Below the pieces are notes generated by a model. The model did no database searches. It saw only the letters and a list, made by a program, of their open reading frames with translations, and had not been told where the DNA came from. From Amphiscolops sp. MND2022 (Eukaryota), in contig OZ076409.1 of assembly GCA_964187785.1 (NCBI GenBank), positions 78,866,001 through 78,930,000 on the forward strand: DNA of 64,000 bases, in the 5' to 3' direction. Positions 26,501 to 41,500 of the stretch are shown here, one piece after another (within the stretch, counting starts at the first letter, position 1; every line of letters begins with the position of its first letter). The position numbers and the translations under genes are program-made.

Positions 26501-29500
26501 TGACAGCGTACAAAGCAGGCCAACAAAAAGCGATGTAGAATTGTAAACAGTTGAATAATTAGTCTGCATTAGGACTCCTTAAACCGGACGATAATTCTAC
26601 GGTTTGCTGCTACCATACCTCATCTCTGAAAGAACTAACAAAATGTAACCTTCAACTTTTCTTTGGTGAGCAGCTTCGTAGTATCGATTGCACCCAAAAC
26701 ACTCTGGCGATTGAGATCAGTTGGCAAGGGATTCACTGTGTACATGTGTTCTTTCCTCCTCAAACTTGGAACAATCTGTCAAACAATTTATTCACTGACG
26801 CCAAATTATCCTCAATGCCACACAGAAACCTTTTTTGAATAAAAAGCTCTGAATATCTACCTGTCCAGGCTACCTTGGTAACACTATTTCAGAGAACGAA
26901 CAATTAGCTAAGAAAAACGTAACACGAAGAGTGAACAATGAATTTTTTTACTCATGCTTCAAATATCAATGGTAGTCTTACTTTTTGATTTTTGCGAGAA
27001 GCGAGTGGCGAGCTGGATGCACTGGCTGACTTGTACTTGGGGAATGTGGTATTGCTGTTTTTGGCAGATGGAGGCGAGGTTCCGTTGAAGACCCCGAAGT
27101 GAGGCGAGACCTCATCCGAACACGTGGTGTGTTCAATCCAACTCAGCCACCAACTCTGCGGAATTATGAACCATTTAGAGCCCACAATCAAAAGACTCTT
27201 CTCACGTTTGATGAAACGCCTGAAATGTTACACAATTTTTCAATGCTCCTCTAAAACATTTACTTTCTGTAACAATTGAGTGGATCAACTTAAAGTTGAC
27301 GGAAAATCGAACTAATTTACTTTTACTCGTTCAAAACTAGGGCAACACAGTTGCATGAAAGCCTGATAGGTTAGTTTTTGGTTTAAATTCGGAGAAGCTG
27401 GAACTGAACCGCAGGATTGTTTCTTTTTCCAAATCCACAAAAAGCTATCAGAGACTACCTAAATAATGCAAAACTTGATATACGGTGACACTTCAGAATT
27501 TTGTTGAATTTAATCATAGAATAATTCAAAGAATGATTAGTGAACTACCTATCCCAGCTTGAATTGTTTCTTAATCTCAAATAAAATAGGATTAGTTTGA
27601 AACCAAAATGAACTGTCGACAATTTCAACTGCGATTTTCAAAAACTTTTTAGCTCTGATTTAGCTCAATGTTACAGTATGACTGACTATGTTGCAGAATA
27701 ACTTGCATTTTGTCTTTCTTCGAAACAATTATTCGCTGACTTTAAACGGGATTATGTATTGTCCGACAGGAAGGACGCATCCTAATTGAAATGGCCATGT
27801 GAATGTGGTGCTTGCGAGTTAGTTAGTTTATGTAAAACATACATCGTATTCATTGTTTGATATATTGTTTATGTACAAATACCCATATTGTACTGTCAAT
27901 TTGAGAATGAGTCTCATCAACCTAAAATTCTGAGAAAAATCTAGCAAGCTCAAGGCAGACGTAATTTTGGGACATAAGAAATGAACCTGAGAAGCTGTCC
28001 TTCCTCTTCGGGGGACGTGGGTTTAAGTCCAAAAACAATGTGACATATTTGTTCCAACAGATCACAAAACACATTCAGCACTTCTGTCTTTTCACTCCAA
28101 ATTAGGAAGTCGTCCAATTGAATGAAAGAATCCTGAAACATGCTCCTATTCAGCAAAAATCAATCCTTTTCACATCGTGCGAAGTATAGTAACTTCAGCA
28201 TGTTGAAAAGACCATCAAATTCTGAATTGAATCCATTAGAAAGTCCACAAAATAAAATGACGGCCAATCGTCCTCAACGTAACCTGTGAAAATCTAAAAA
28301 TGCATCCAACTCAAAGTAACGTGTGATGGAGTTCTTGAATTCGGATAAGGCATGTAACTAATACATTGGCCTCTATTAGTTCCATTTTACTATCTAAATT
28401 CAAAACTGCTGTTTTGAACTCTAGTTTTATTTTACTATCTAAATTCAAAACGTTTTTGAAGATGCTAATTCTTTTTAGTCGGCGCTTTTCTAGTGAAAAG
28501 TGCCCGACTCTTACAGTGGCTAGTTTTTGTTTTTCGTCAGACTACAATTTCACTCTGATTGGTCCACTTTTCTTACAATCGAAACTACTAAAACTACTAC
28601 CATAAGGCCAAGTCCGGTCAGCGGAAACTAGTGCAAAAGGGTCCCCTCTTTCATTTTTTACTTTTTTAACGTAACCTACAAAACCAGACGAGACTAAAGG
28701 GTCCCCCTTTCAATTTTTTTTTCGGCATTGTGCGACTTTTTTCCGAAAATTTTTTAATGTCTCAAAAGAGTCCCCCCTTCGAGTTTTTTGATATTTTGCA
28801 ACAGAATATATGTTAATAAAGCCCAAAGTGTCCCCCTTTTACATTTTTCGGCACTATGCGACATTTTCTGAAAGAAAAAAATTCGAAAACTTCGAAAAAA
28901 AAGTTTTTTTCCAAAAGAAATGTTCTGCGCTTTTCGAGCCTTAGATAACGCCGACTTTAGACGTTCTCGTCTTGTTACTGATTACGTTTCTCTGATCAAT
29001 TCTATTCAAATATGAACATATAATGTATTTATAGCTGTAATTGTATTCAAGTAAGGCAAAACGGAACAGTGTTTCATCCATAAAAGTTCAACAAGCTATC
29101 TGAAAATCTACATACGGTACGGAAATCGACAAATTAATTACTCTCTGCGTTACCGATAAGTTACTTTAAAACATTTTTGTATAATAAACAGGCTCATATT
29201 CCCTTTCCTTTTAAAATTAAAGTGGTATGGTAATTGGTAATACTAGAACAACTGAAAAGTTCAATGGAAACATTTCTGATTATAGAAGTTGAATTATAAA
29301 AAGCTATGTAAACTTTCTTCTCGTCAACTAGATCCAATTACGCCTTAATAAGGGATAAGTACGAAACTTAATAAGGGTAAAAGTAACACTTGATAACTTA
29401 CAAATGGAACTTACAAAGGAAACGTACAAATGTCAGCAATCCAACTTAGATTTGATGGTTGAAATTTGTTGCCTAATGTTAGAATATAGTGAACGAAAGA

Positions 29501-32500
29501 TCAGATAAATTTCAAGTTCATCGGTCAACGGTTTGCAAAAATTCGAAAATATACTTCTTCAATTCATGAACAAGAGAAAGATTCCAAAGACGAGAACAAA
29601 ACTTGGTCACGAAAACAAAATGATAGCAATGGTCACAATTTGATGCTAGGAATCTATTTTTAGACAGAAAAGACTATATTCGGTGAAATACCACGCTGAA
29701 AAAATCGTTCGCATTGCCTACATTTTGCGGTAACTGATAATCCACGTGCGAACAAAATTAGCGGCCTCAGCAGCATTCGAAACATAAGGAAAACAAGCAA
29801 ATTGAATTCCATTAGGCAACCAATGGAATTGTCTTACCCATAATCTCTACAGTCAACCCGCTACAGGTGCAAAACAATTTTTGAGAAGCATTTTCCCTTC
29901 AGTTTTATATGCTTTTCAGGTGGTAAGATCACCAAATTTTTGAAAATTCATTCTCATGCATCAATATTCGAAATTTGGCTTCATTGCAATGGCATATTTG
30001 AAAATCAATTCTTCAAATGAATTCGAACTTCTCGATGTAATTTCTATAAATTTAGCGGCCGAATTCAGAGAAAAAAAAACAGAATTCAAACATCTAATAT
30101 TGAAAGAAATATTTGAAAGGCTGAAGCCTTAAAAAATATAAGCTGTCACAAAAGGGACTACGAAAAACTTCGAGGATGCCTCCCACAGTTGCAGGATATC
30201 ACACTTACGAAGTAACGTGAACATTTAATTCTGTCTTTGAATGTTCAGTTGCCAAAATGCTTTATGAACAAACAAATGAATTGAATTATTTTCATTAGCA
30301 CTTACAAAGTCGGGGTCATGCAGACTCATGATTTCATTGACGACATCGGGTGACTCTCTAGTGTTGATGGACCCTGCACGTGACTTGCAGGGCGGGGAAA
30401 AATGGGAGAACTGAAACTGGATTCTAATGCAGATGTCCACCAGGTTGAACACTTCTGCCCGAGACAGCAAGCCATCATTGTCGAAGTCAAACATGCGGAA
30501 TAAAACTAAACAAGCATACCAAGAGCACAATGTGAGATATTCACGAAGATGGCATAATGGACCCGTGTTCGTTATGACCTAAATTCACCTCTTTTCACTC
30601 ACTAGAATAGAAGTTTCCTTCTTAGAATCTAACCTGATGTAAATCTCAATTATACCTGAATTGATGTTTGAGATCGTGAACAAAAACATTAAGAACAAAT
30701 AAATAGCCCTTCCAAATATTTAAATCTATCAAACACACTATGTATTTATGCAACAATCTTTGCTTCAACATAGGTTACAAACTATGACATTTCTAAAAAT
30801 CTTGTGGTTAACAGAAGACAAAGTCTACTGCACCTCATCAACAAAGACAACTGAAACTTATTTCAAATTGAACGAACATTTTCTTCTCTCTGCCTTGGGA
30901 CCTCGGCAGCAGGCGGAGACCCCGTATGCATACTCCTTGAAGTCTATGATGCCATCGCGATTAGAGTCGAACGAGTTGAAGAAACCTCTGGTGATCTCAT
31001 CCGCGATGGGGGGACAGACCAGACTGTGGAATATCTGGTAGTCCATCGACACCCTGTTTGCTCCACACAGAGTCGCGAACTGCTTCTCCAACAGCTCAAT
31101 CTCGTTCTCCTCAACTACAACAAGCTCGTGCAAAAATTTTGAAAGAGTAGAGCTAACAGAAATACCTCAGAAACTTTACTACTGTTCTAAGGTATGAAAC
31201 GATACGTTTCAGATCTAAAAAGTTATGTATTAGTCTTTTTCCTGGATTAGTCTGTGATATGAATTGTCAGAAGTACATTTTGGAGCAGTTTTTCGATGTT
31301 GAACGGTATTTACATTCTTATGAACACACTCCCAAGTCCGGTTGGGGGCCTCTTTTTCAGAAGATCGCACTTGGAGGGTCTATGCTTCATGAGTTGATAA
31401 TGTTAATTTCCGGTTTCATTCAGCACAAGATTCTCAATCCAAATTAACACTTCAATTGAGGACAAATTAGACTATATTTAATAGCATGCAACAAAGAGAA
31501 CATTTATGAGCTCGGACAATGCTTTTTGCTAAAAATAGGCCCCTCCGGGGCACATTACTATTTCTGCTTTAATCTTTCATTAATATTATTACACTGCTTT
31601 GTTTTAAAACCAAGATGATTTTGTTTTTAATAACAGGTATAATTCAGTGTTTTTAGTCGGCGCATTTTAGTAGAAAATGTGCCCGACTATTACAGTGGGT
31701 AGTTTTTTTTTAGACACGAAAGGTCCACTTTTTGTTCATTTGTTCAACAACCTCCACAACTTCAAACCTCAACAACTCCAACCTCAGAAGCGTCCAAAAC
31801 GAAAATAAAAAACAAAACAGACGTCCAAAACCTCGAAAACACACTAAAGATCCCAACTTTTTTTCGGAACTATGCGACTTTTTGAAACTTTTTGGATTGA
31901 AATTTTTTCCCCAAAGGGTCCCCCCTTCAATTTTTTTGATGTTTTGCAACACAATGGATGTCAAAAAATCGCAAAGGGTCCCCCCTTTTACATTTTTCGG
32001 CACTGTGACACTGTTCAAAAATCTCATTAAAAAAATTTTTCGGAAATTTTTTCATGTCTCCAAAGGGTCCCCCCTTCATTTTTTAAAAAAAATTTTTGCA
32101 ACCAGCTGGAGTTTCAAAAAGCCCGAAGGGTCCCCCTTTTAAAATTTGAGCCTTAGATATGGCGCCGACTTTGGCCGTTCCCGGCTTGTTTTTAAATAAT
32201 ATAATCATATCTGGAATACCAACACAGTGTTTAATCATTATTTAGCGCACAATTAATCACTGTACAAGTTTACACCGCCTTTAATTCTTCTCGGACTAAA
32301 GAAAATATAACTACTAAGCGTAGACGAAGTTTCGCACTCGCATTTGAATGCAGGCGAAGCTCTCAACGAACGAATAATTAACACTCATTTGCTTCATCTC
32401 AATGACGTCAGCGTACGAATGCATAATTACCACTCGCTCGTTCCATCGCACGAGTATTGAAATGTCGTCGGCAGCTTTAGAAATTTAATTCTCACGCTTA

Positions 32501-35500
32501 CAGTCACTGCCGAACAAATATCTGAATTATTCAGTATCGTGCGAAGAATTATACTGAAAAAAAGTAGACATCTTGAGATTTCAATAACATTCCTGCTATC
32601 GCAGAAATAATAAAAATTACTTATAAACAGTACTTATAAAAAATACTGTTTTTTAAATATCTTAGTTCAACCAAACAGCTATTTCGAAGCTCGACGAAGA
32701 TCTCGTGTACAAGGACTGTTCTCCATGTCATGTCCGGTAGGGGGCTATTCTTCCGTAGGGACATTTCCCAGCTATTGTTCATGAGATCCGTATTATAGAC
32801 ATGGTAATATATCAAATGGTTAAGGCGCTGAAGCACACATTTTTATTTGAATGAAGCATGAAATATAAAATACATACGGTGAGTTATTTTGGCAATAGTT
32901 CCGTAGAGCGTGGGCACGGCAAAAGCGTCATTTTTCACAACAGGAGGCAAGTTGAATCCAGGAACTACTTCGGTGAAAAACCATGACGTTAAAGTGTAGC
33001 TCTCACAGTTCAAATTGACCCAAGCATTGAACATGGCGAAATCTATCGCAAGAGACTGAAAACGAAATTAAAGCAATTAATGAACATTGAATTATGGTTT
33101 GACTTTTTAATGCAGGATACCTGGACCAAAACTAAGATTACAACTGGAAGCAGTATTTTATTATATAGCAAATATTTAGAGACAATTTCAAATGAAATGA
33201 GATAAAAATAAAAATCTTCATAATATTGACTAAATATCTACATATTAACGTAAGTTGATTTATTTTGCCGATATTACAACTCATTTTACTTTGATTATAT
33301 AAATATAATGAGTTTGAATTGAGGGGAAAGGATCAATGATATCTTTCGCTTCATAGCCAATTGCGTCATCATCCATCAGGAAAAAATTTCAGGCATAAAA
33401 TCCCGAAATGGAATTTCAGACATCTTTCTTCGCATAAAGCTTCTATCTTCATTTGCACAATGCGGTAGCTCCTAAAGCGTGAAATTTCAAGCATCAGGAG
33501 TTCCAAAATATTTCAAGCATTGGCGGAAACTATGCAATATGATGAAATTCAAGAGAAAACTGACGCAGTCGCATTGCAACATTTTGCAAGTTACTTATAT
33601 ATGAGATTATATTTACTACTGAAAATTTCCTATCGAATAATTTAGTCTCTGATCCTGGATTACCTTGAAAATAAAAATAAATGCAATATTTGCTATTATA
33701 ATGACATTGATTCCGCAGAATTCCAAGAAATTAGGTATTTAACAAAAATTATGTATTGATTTTACTCATTCCGTTTAAAAATACCAACTCATTTAACGCA
33801 TTCGTTTATTGTAGTTTAATTATTAATAATTAATGTCATCGCACACTTTTCACTAACATTATCGAAATATCGCCGGATCTTGTCGAATTTTTCTGGAGAT
33901 TCGGTCAGTTTGAAGAGATTAAAAAGCTTCGATTTGTGCACATATTCTGACGGCGGGTTACTGACAACTCGAAACATCACTAAAACAAAATTTCATCAGA
34001 AACAAAAAAAATCAGAAACATTGCGAGCAAGTCAATAAGATATACATCACCACAGTGAAAACATCTTAAAGGTACAGATTCTGAATGATCATCAGCGGTT
34101 GCAAAAAGAACTGAAAAGACGGGAACGTCTAAAGTCGGCGCCATATCTAAGGCTCAAATGCGCCAGTTTTCGCAAATGCACGAAAAAGTTTGACTGAAGC
34201 AGGGTTCCACCTAAACCGATTAAAGTCTGTACTAAAAAGAGGTACATACAGGGTGAGCTGTGGTCTGACGAAAAAAAACTAGCCACTGTAATATTCGGGC
34301 ACTTTTCTCAAGAAAAGCGCCGACTAAAAACATGCCGAATCCCAGGTCTTAGACTTTAAATACTATAAAAGTGTAAGCAATGATTTTTTTATATCCACCC
34401 ATATTTCATATACGGGAAACAAAAACTCACATCTCAGCCTGCGTTAAAATATTTTGCCATCATATTTTATACGGGTTTTACAACAGAATTTAACGACAAA
34501 AAAAGTTTGTAACATTTTTGATATATTTTCATGTTTTTCGTTCCATTTGTATTTATGGATCGTCTTCGAAAAAAAGTAACTGAAATTCAAAAATACAAAA
34601 GTAACATTGTTTCCAGTTTAGGGCGGAAAATATTCCAATGTTTAACCGGCGCTTTTTCTCAAAGTTTTCAAGAACATTACGCCTAGTTTTAGAACATTAC
34701 GCCTAATTTCAACGTATGCAATTTCAACCGCTCACATTTTCAACGTATTGGAATTGTTACTTAATGTAACTTTGACCTAAATTGTTTCAGCTGATAGCTC
34801 ATTATTCACAAAAACTAAGATTATTACAACTGGAGCCAGTATTTTATTATGTAGCAAATATTTCGAGTCAATTTCATTTGATTGATGATGAACCAAAGCA
34901 TTATAATTATGAGCGATTATACTTTGAAAACAGAATTGTCGCGGTATTCTAGCTGGCACATTTTCGATAACGGGGTGAAAATTGGCGTATTTGGTTTTGA
35001 AAGTTTAAAAGTAATTTTGCATAATAATTCAGGCGAAACAGGATCAATTACGCCGAATTCACTCCAGTCGATGCATCAAGTGGGAAACGGAACAGTTTGA
35101 ACGTGCGAGCGTTGAAATTGCATATGACGAAGGGTCCTGTAACCAGTTTGAATCCTGACGAACCTGTTGGGCAAAAAGTGGTTTCCTAGTCTCAGGCGCA
35201 TTTCTTGAGGTAATTTTTGGCTCGGTAAAAGCTCGGTAAAAAATGGTAAAAGCTTGAAACTAGGTCCTTTGCAAATTCAGGAAAGTTGAGCGATCCCGGT
35301 TTGTTAAATTATTGCACATGGTTTCACCAGAACTGTCAAAAATTGGAAATAGTTTTGACAACTTTGGTCCTGTAAACGAACCAGGGTCCTGACGAACCAG
35401 TCATGTAACCCTTTCGCATCATTCAGAAGATTTTGACATGTAACTCGGACACTTGGTCTGCATCTGCAACAACTGATAAAAATGAAACAACTAACAATGC

Positions 35501-38500
35501 GTGCGAACATTTCGCCAGTCATCTCTTCGCTTGCTGATGCTGACAAGGCCCCTGACTAAATTATCGAAGGATAATCCGTCGTTGCTTCCACCAAACGCGT
35601 AGAAGAGGAACTGGAAAACGAAGCAGTAGGTAATTCATCAAACATATTATGCTAGTTTTCTTTGAACGAATACAAAACTAATATTATCTTGGGTCACATA
35701 TCAAAAAGACGAACAGCTACAAATACATCAATTTCTATTACCAAAAAGCCAAAAAAATGCAAAAAATTAAGCAATTTCCCTCTTGACAGTGACAAGTGAC
35801 TAGGACAAATTATTCTACCCAAACGAATCAAATACTATGCAAAAATTAGCCGTTCGAAAGTTTTGAGCACTGGGGAGCAGTGTTGGTAAAAAAAGTTTAC
35901 AAAACCGTTTGAAACTGTTTTTTAATTTGTGTTTTTTTCTCCATTGAAAACAAAATGAATGAAAAATTCATTTTCATGGAATGAAAAATAGGCCCCTCCG
36001 GGGCTCAGTACTATTTCTGCTTTAATCTTTATTTTTTTAAAACAAAAAATCATTAATAAAAGAATCATATCTGGAATACCAATACACTCCTGTTTAATCA
36101 TTACTTAGAGCACAATTAATCACTGTACAAGTTTACACCGCCTTTAATTCTTCTCGGACTAAAGAAAATATAACTAAGCGTAGACGAAGTTTCGCATTCG
36201 CATTTGAATGCAGGCGAAGCTCTCAACGAACGAATAATTAACACTCATTCGCTTCATCTCAATGACGTCAGCATACGAATGGATAATTACCACTCGCTCG
36301 TTCTATCGCACTAGAATTGAATTGTTGTCGGCAGCTTTCCCACGCTTACACTCACTGCCGAACAAAATATCTGAATTATTCAGTAGGACGAAATTTGACG
36401 ACTGAAAAAAAAAAAGGACCAACTTTGAGGTTACAATAACATTCCTGCTAAAGCAGAAATATTAAAAACAAGACACCCGCTGAGCAGCGAGATATTTTCC
36501 GCCCCAAACTATTCTACAACTACATAAATTTGAGGCTCAAGAATAGCCACTGCACTATATAAACGCAAAGAAGTTCGAAGAAGAGAAAGCTTTGATTCAT
36601 CTTAGCCCTTTTTGAAGAAAACCCCTAATTATTTCTGCGGAAGCTGGCCACTTTTCGTTTTTTCAGCACTATGCGAATTAGCGAGAAAAGAGAAAACTTT
36701 TAATGAATTTTTTAAAAATAATTTTCGAAAAACATTTTTTTCAATTTTTTAGTTTTTTAGGTTTTCTGTAAAGGAAATAGGTTTCCCGAGTCTGGAGGTG
36801 ACTTCTTTGTTACTTTTGATCATATGGACCTGATGAGGTTTCTTATTGATTGCGGAAATTACCTCATTTCAGTTTTTTCGACTCTTTGCGTCTTTCCGAA
36901 ACTTTCATTTGGTCAAAGAGTACCCCCTTGCTTTCATAGCTGATTTCGGCTTAAGAGTACTTTTGGGAGCTGAAACTCGTTTCGCCATCATAGAACTTTA
37001 CTGGGAAGAAATCGAAAAATTGGATTTTTTGTGATTCCTGTTGGGCAAAAAGTGGTTCCTAGTCTCAGGCGTATTTCTTGAGGTACTTTTTGGCACTTAG
37101 AAAAGGGTAAAAGCTTGAAACTAGGTCCTTTGCAAATTCAGGAAAGTTGAGCGATCCCGGTTTGTTAAATTACTGCACATGGTTTCACCAGATCTGTCAA
37201 AAATTGGAAATAGTTTCGACAACTTTGGGGTCAACTTGAGTAACTTTTCTAACATGAATCTACAGAAGTCTCTTCAAAATTGAGCCTACTGTACACCGAG
37301 TTTACCTGTTGTTGAAAGTTTACACCATTCTAACCCACGAAGTAGATCGAAACATATCTTTGGAGGGTGTACTTCGTATCTAGCGAATTTGCTTGAAGGT
37401 TTCTGAACATTAAATATTGGACAAATGAGGTCGAAACTTGCGTTATCAAGAAAAGTTTCTGAAAATTGTGCAAATAAACTTCTCTCATTGGAAGTTCTAC
37501 TCTTCAAAAACATCCGTGGTTTGAACAAAAATTGGGATTAGTTTTTCAAACGCGCTTTTTTCTATCATGGTTTTCGGGTGTTTTTGAGGCCAATTCCGTC
37601 AACAAAATGCAGCTATCTCTTCAATATTGCCTACTGGAGATACACGGATTAGTCATTGAGTTTTCAAAAAGTTTATGCAAGGAAGTAGCTCAAAAACTGT
37701 ACAAAAAACTGCCAAAAATGTAGAAAACTTGAAAATGCTCAGTTTTTCCAATATTTGGGTCATTCTGAGGAAACTTTCGACCATAAATTAGACAATATTT
37801 GGAAAAACGTGCTTCGGAAGAAAAAAAACACTGAAAACGTCAAATGGACAAAAATTTTCGACATTTTCAACTTTTTGCGGTCAATTTTGAGCCAATCTCC
37901 AACCGAAGTCTGCCAATATTCCTTTAAAAGCTTTTTGGATAATGAGTCCAGTCTTTGTTGAACCTTTGCCAAAATTCTGACTACAAAACGATTCAAAAAG
38001 TACAGAATTTGCACGAAAACGAAGATGTCGAAATTTTTCGACTGCTTTGGAGTCATTCTGAAGTGCATTTGAAGCGAAACGCTGCAACGTTCTTTTCAAA
38101 AAATGTAATGCATAGCTCGTTCTTGCGTTGTTGATTTGACTGTGTTGGAACTTTGAACGAAATCTCGGAAAATGTACAGAAATTGCATCAAAAACGAGAA
38201 AAACTTTCAGTTGACAAATTTTTATCGACAATTCAGGGTCAATTTGAGGCACTTTTCTCTCACAAATTGAACTTCTCTCGTGACGAAAGCTCACCGAAAC
38301 AACAAGTCTGCCTATGCCTCACGGGTTTCAACATTCTAGTCCACGAAGTCTATCGATATTTTGAGAAAAATTGGTTAAAAAGTGAAAATCGGAAAATTTT
38401 GTAAAATTTGTCTTTCGACGTCAATTCCGGACTTTCGTTCAAAAAACTACATTTATCTCTTTTCCAAGCATAGTGTACAACACATTCTTTCCTTGTTGAC

Positions 38501-41500
38501 CCTTTTCAACGTTCTAATACGCGAAGTCTGTCGAAAATTAGGAAGAAAATGCAAAAAAAATATTTTTGAAAATTGGAAAATTTTGAGTTTTTTTTGTAAT
38601 TTTCGGTGTCAATTTGAGACATTTTCGTTCAGAAAATTGCAATAAACTCTTCAGAAAAGACTACTGGACAACCAAGCCTTTCCTTGTTGACCCCTTAAAA
38701 CAATCCAATCCACGAAGTCGGTCAAAAATTTGACAAAAAATGCGTAAATACATTGAAAAATGGAAAATTTTGGGATTTTTGTCATATTTCGGTGTCAGTT
38801 TGAGATTTTTTTCAGTTGGAAAACAACAATTATCTCTTCGGAAAAGCGTACTGGACAACGAATTAGTGCCATGTCGAGCGTTTTCAAAATTCTAATGCAC
38901 GAAGTCTATCGAAAACTTGACAAAATTGCATAAAAACGTTAAAAATCGGGAATTTTTTGTCATTTTTGGGTCTTTTTCTTTCCAAAAAACGCTTTTATCT
39001 CTTCATAAACGACTACTGGACAACGAATTTTTGCCTTGTTGAACCTTTTCAACATTCTAGTTCACAACATCTATCGAAAAAGTGACAAAATTGCATTAAA
39101 AAGTAAAAAAAAATGAAACTTTTGCAAATATTCTTTGGGTTATTCTGGGGTCTTCGTGGTCAACAAAAAAGTCCAGAATTCTCCACAAACACAAATCGCA
39201 CGAAGCTAAACCTTTGTGAGTTGAATTCTATGGGTAACACGCTTAAAGTTAAACAATAATTTGGTGCTTGGCAAATTTTGTAAAAAAAACCGTTTAATTT
39301 AAATATTTTCCTTTCCCATATATGAAAGATGGGCGGAAAATAATAAAATTTGAAGGTTCTCTTCACTACTGTGTGCCCCTTTTGGCTTATATGATAGTTT
39401 TGAATAGGAAAAGCGTTTTTAAGTCTGAAGGGTCACCTCTTGGGTTTTTGACACTGTGCGACTTTCATGGCAAAATTTTCATTTCCCAAATGGTTCTCGC
39501 TTCCCTAATATTTTCCCTTCCTATAAGAAATATGGGCGGAAATAACAAATTATTTAATCATTCAACTAGCTCAAACAAAAGGCAAGTTTTGCAACTTTTT
39601 CAGCCAAAAGTCTGTTCCTCAGATCACAATAAACAAAACCCATACAAAATGTGCACTTCTGTCGAAGTCAGCCAATACAGGGTTGAGTTTTCTCCCCCTA
39701 CTTGTCATATATTGTGAATAAAAAACATCTAAATAAAACAGACAAAAAATACAAGTGCTTAAAACAGGCCCTGTTTAAAACATCCCAACCCTCCTGGAGA
39801 ACTCAACAAAATAAAAACAAGCCGGGAATGGCACAAGTCGGCGTCATATCTAATGCTCAAAAATAGCAAAAGGATTTGAAAGTGTCAAGTATTCTCTTCT
39901 ACAATACCCATAAGTTGGACCGCATTTCGGATTTTCGATTTTTTTCAATAATGTATCCGGTAAGTCGCATAGTTTTTAAGATATACAGAAGTCATAGCAT
40001 GTTTCGAAGCTAGAAACAAGTTTTCAATATGTATGAACAACTTCTCCAGTTAGAACAAGTCACGCTTTTTTGTATTTTAGCGGGAGATAACCATTACCTT
40101 CTGATGTTTATTTTGTAAATCACTTTTGTGTTAACTTCTCTGAAGACAGTTGAATTGACACTACCAAATCTTCGTCTCACTCAGCCTCAAAAGTCAAAAG
40201 GTTATGCGGCCTTAACCAATCATCTGAAACTAAGGCTGCTGTCAACTTTCGATGGGAAGTTACTTGCCAAAGATAGACTGAGAAATGAAGCGAATGATGG
40301 CAAGCAGAAGCGAGAAGAAAGAAGTCAAGCAGAAAGAAGCAATCTTTTTCCAGTGAACCACTACGCCATGCAGTCAGAAGTCAACTTTGACAGATGAGAA
40401 GCGAGTGAACTTTTCAAAACAGACTCAAACTTTCTTGACGCTTTTGTAAACTTTCTTGCGGTTTTTCCTAGGCTGAGTAGAGTTGAGTTTGAAGTTAACT
40501 GAGAGTACACATGGGTAAAAAAAGTATTTGAAAAATTTTCTCGGAAGATTCCAAAACACTTCAGTAAAAAATATCTAGGCTCGACAAAAAAATCTTAAAA
40601 GACAATTTTTCTGACAGACGTTTCGATAACATTTCTTTGTTTTGGTTGATTTCCAAAGTGCACGTCGCTATGCACTGCATAGCATGACGAGAAGTAAGAA
40701 TTTTCCGAGCTTAGTTTTTGCTTCAAAACGCCAGTCATTCGAGTTTTTTTGTAAGTTGTTTTTGCGGTCCAGAGATACGTCGTTTTATGTAAAACGATCG
40801 AAGCAACATTCTCAGAAGGTCAGGTTGGAGGGTGTACTTCGTATCTAGCGAATTTGCTTGAAGGTTTCTGAATATTAAATATTGGACAAAAGAGGTCGAA
40901 ACTTGCGTTATCAAGAAAAGTTTCTGAAAGTTGTGCAAATAAACTTCTCTCATTGGAAGTTCTACTCTTCAAAAACATCCGTGGTTTGAACAAAAATTGG
41001 GATTAGTTTTTCAAACGCGCTTTTTTCTATCATGGTTTTCGGGTGTTTTTGAGGCCAATTCCGTCAACAAAATGCAGCTATCTCTTCAATATTGCCTACT
41101 GGAGATACACGGATTAGTCATTGAGTTTTCAAAAAGTTTATGCAAGGAAGTAGCTCAAAAATTGTACAAAAAACTGCCAAAAATGTAGAAAACTTGAAAA
41201 TGCTCAGTTTTTCCAATATTTGGGTCATTCTGAGGAAACTTTCGACCATAAATTAGACAATATTTGGAAAAACGTGCTTCGAAAGAAAAAAAACACTGAA
41301 AACGTCAAATGGACAAAAATTTTCGACATTTTCAACTTTTTGCGGTCAATTTTGAGCCAATCTCCAACCGAAGTCTGCCAATATTCCTTTAAAAGCTTTT
41401 TGGATAATGAGTCCAGTCTTTGTTGAACCTTTGCCAAAATTCTGACTACAAAACGATTCAAAAAGTACAGAATTTGCACGAAAACGAAGATGTCGAAATT

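Noticed and set aside
36825..36890. Hammerhead ribozyme core (CTGATGAG...GAAA)
   Set aside because: Stem II cannot form, and the sequence is a simple inverted repeat within family 3.
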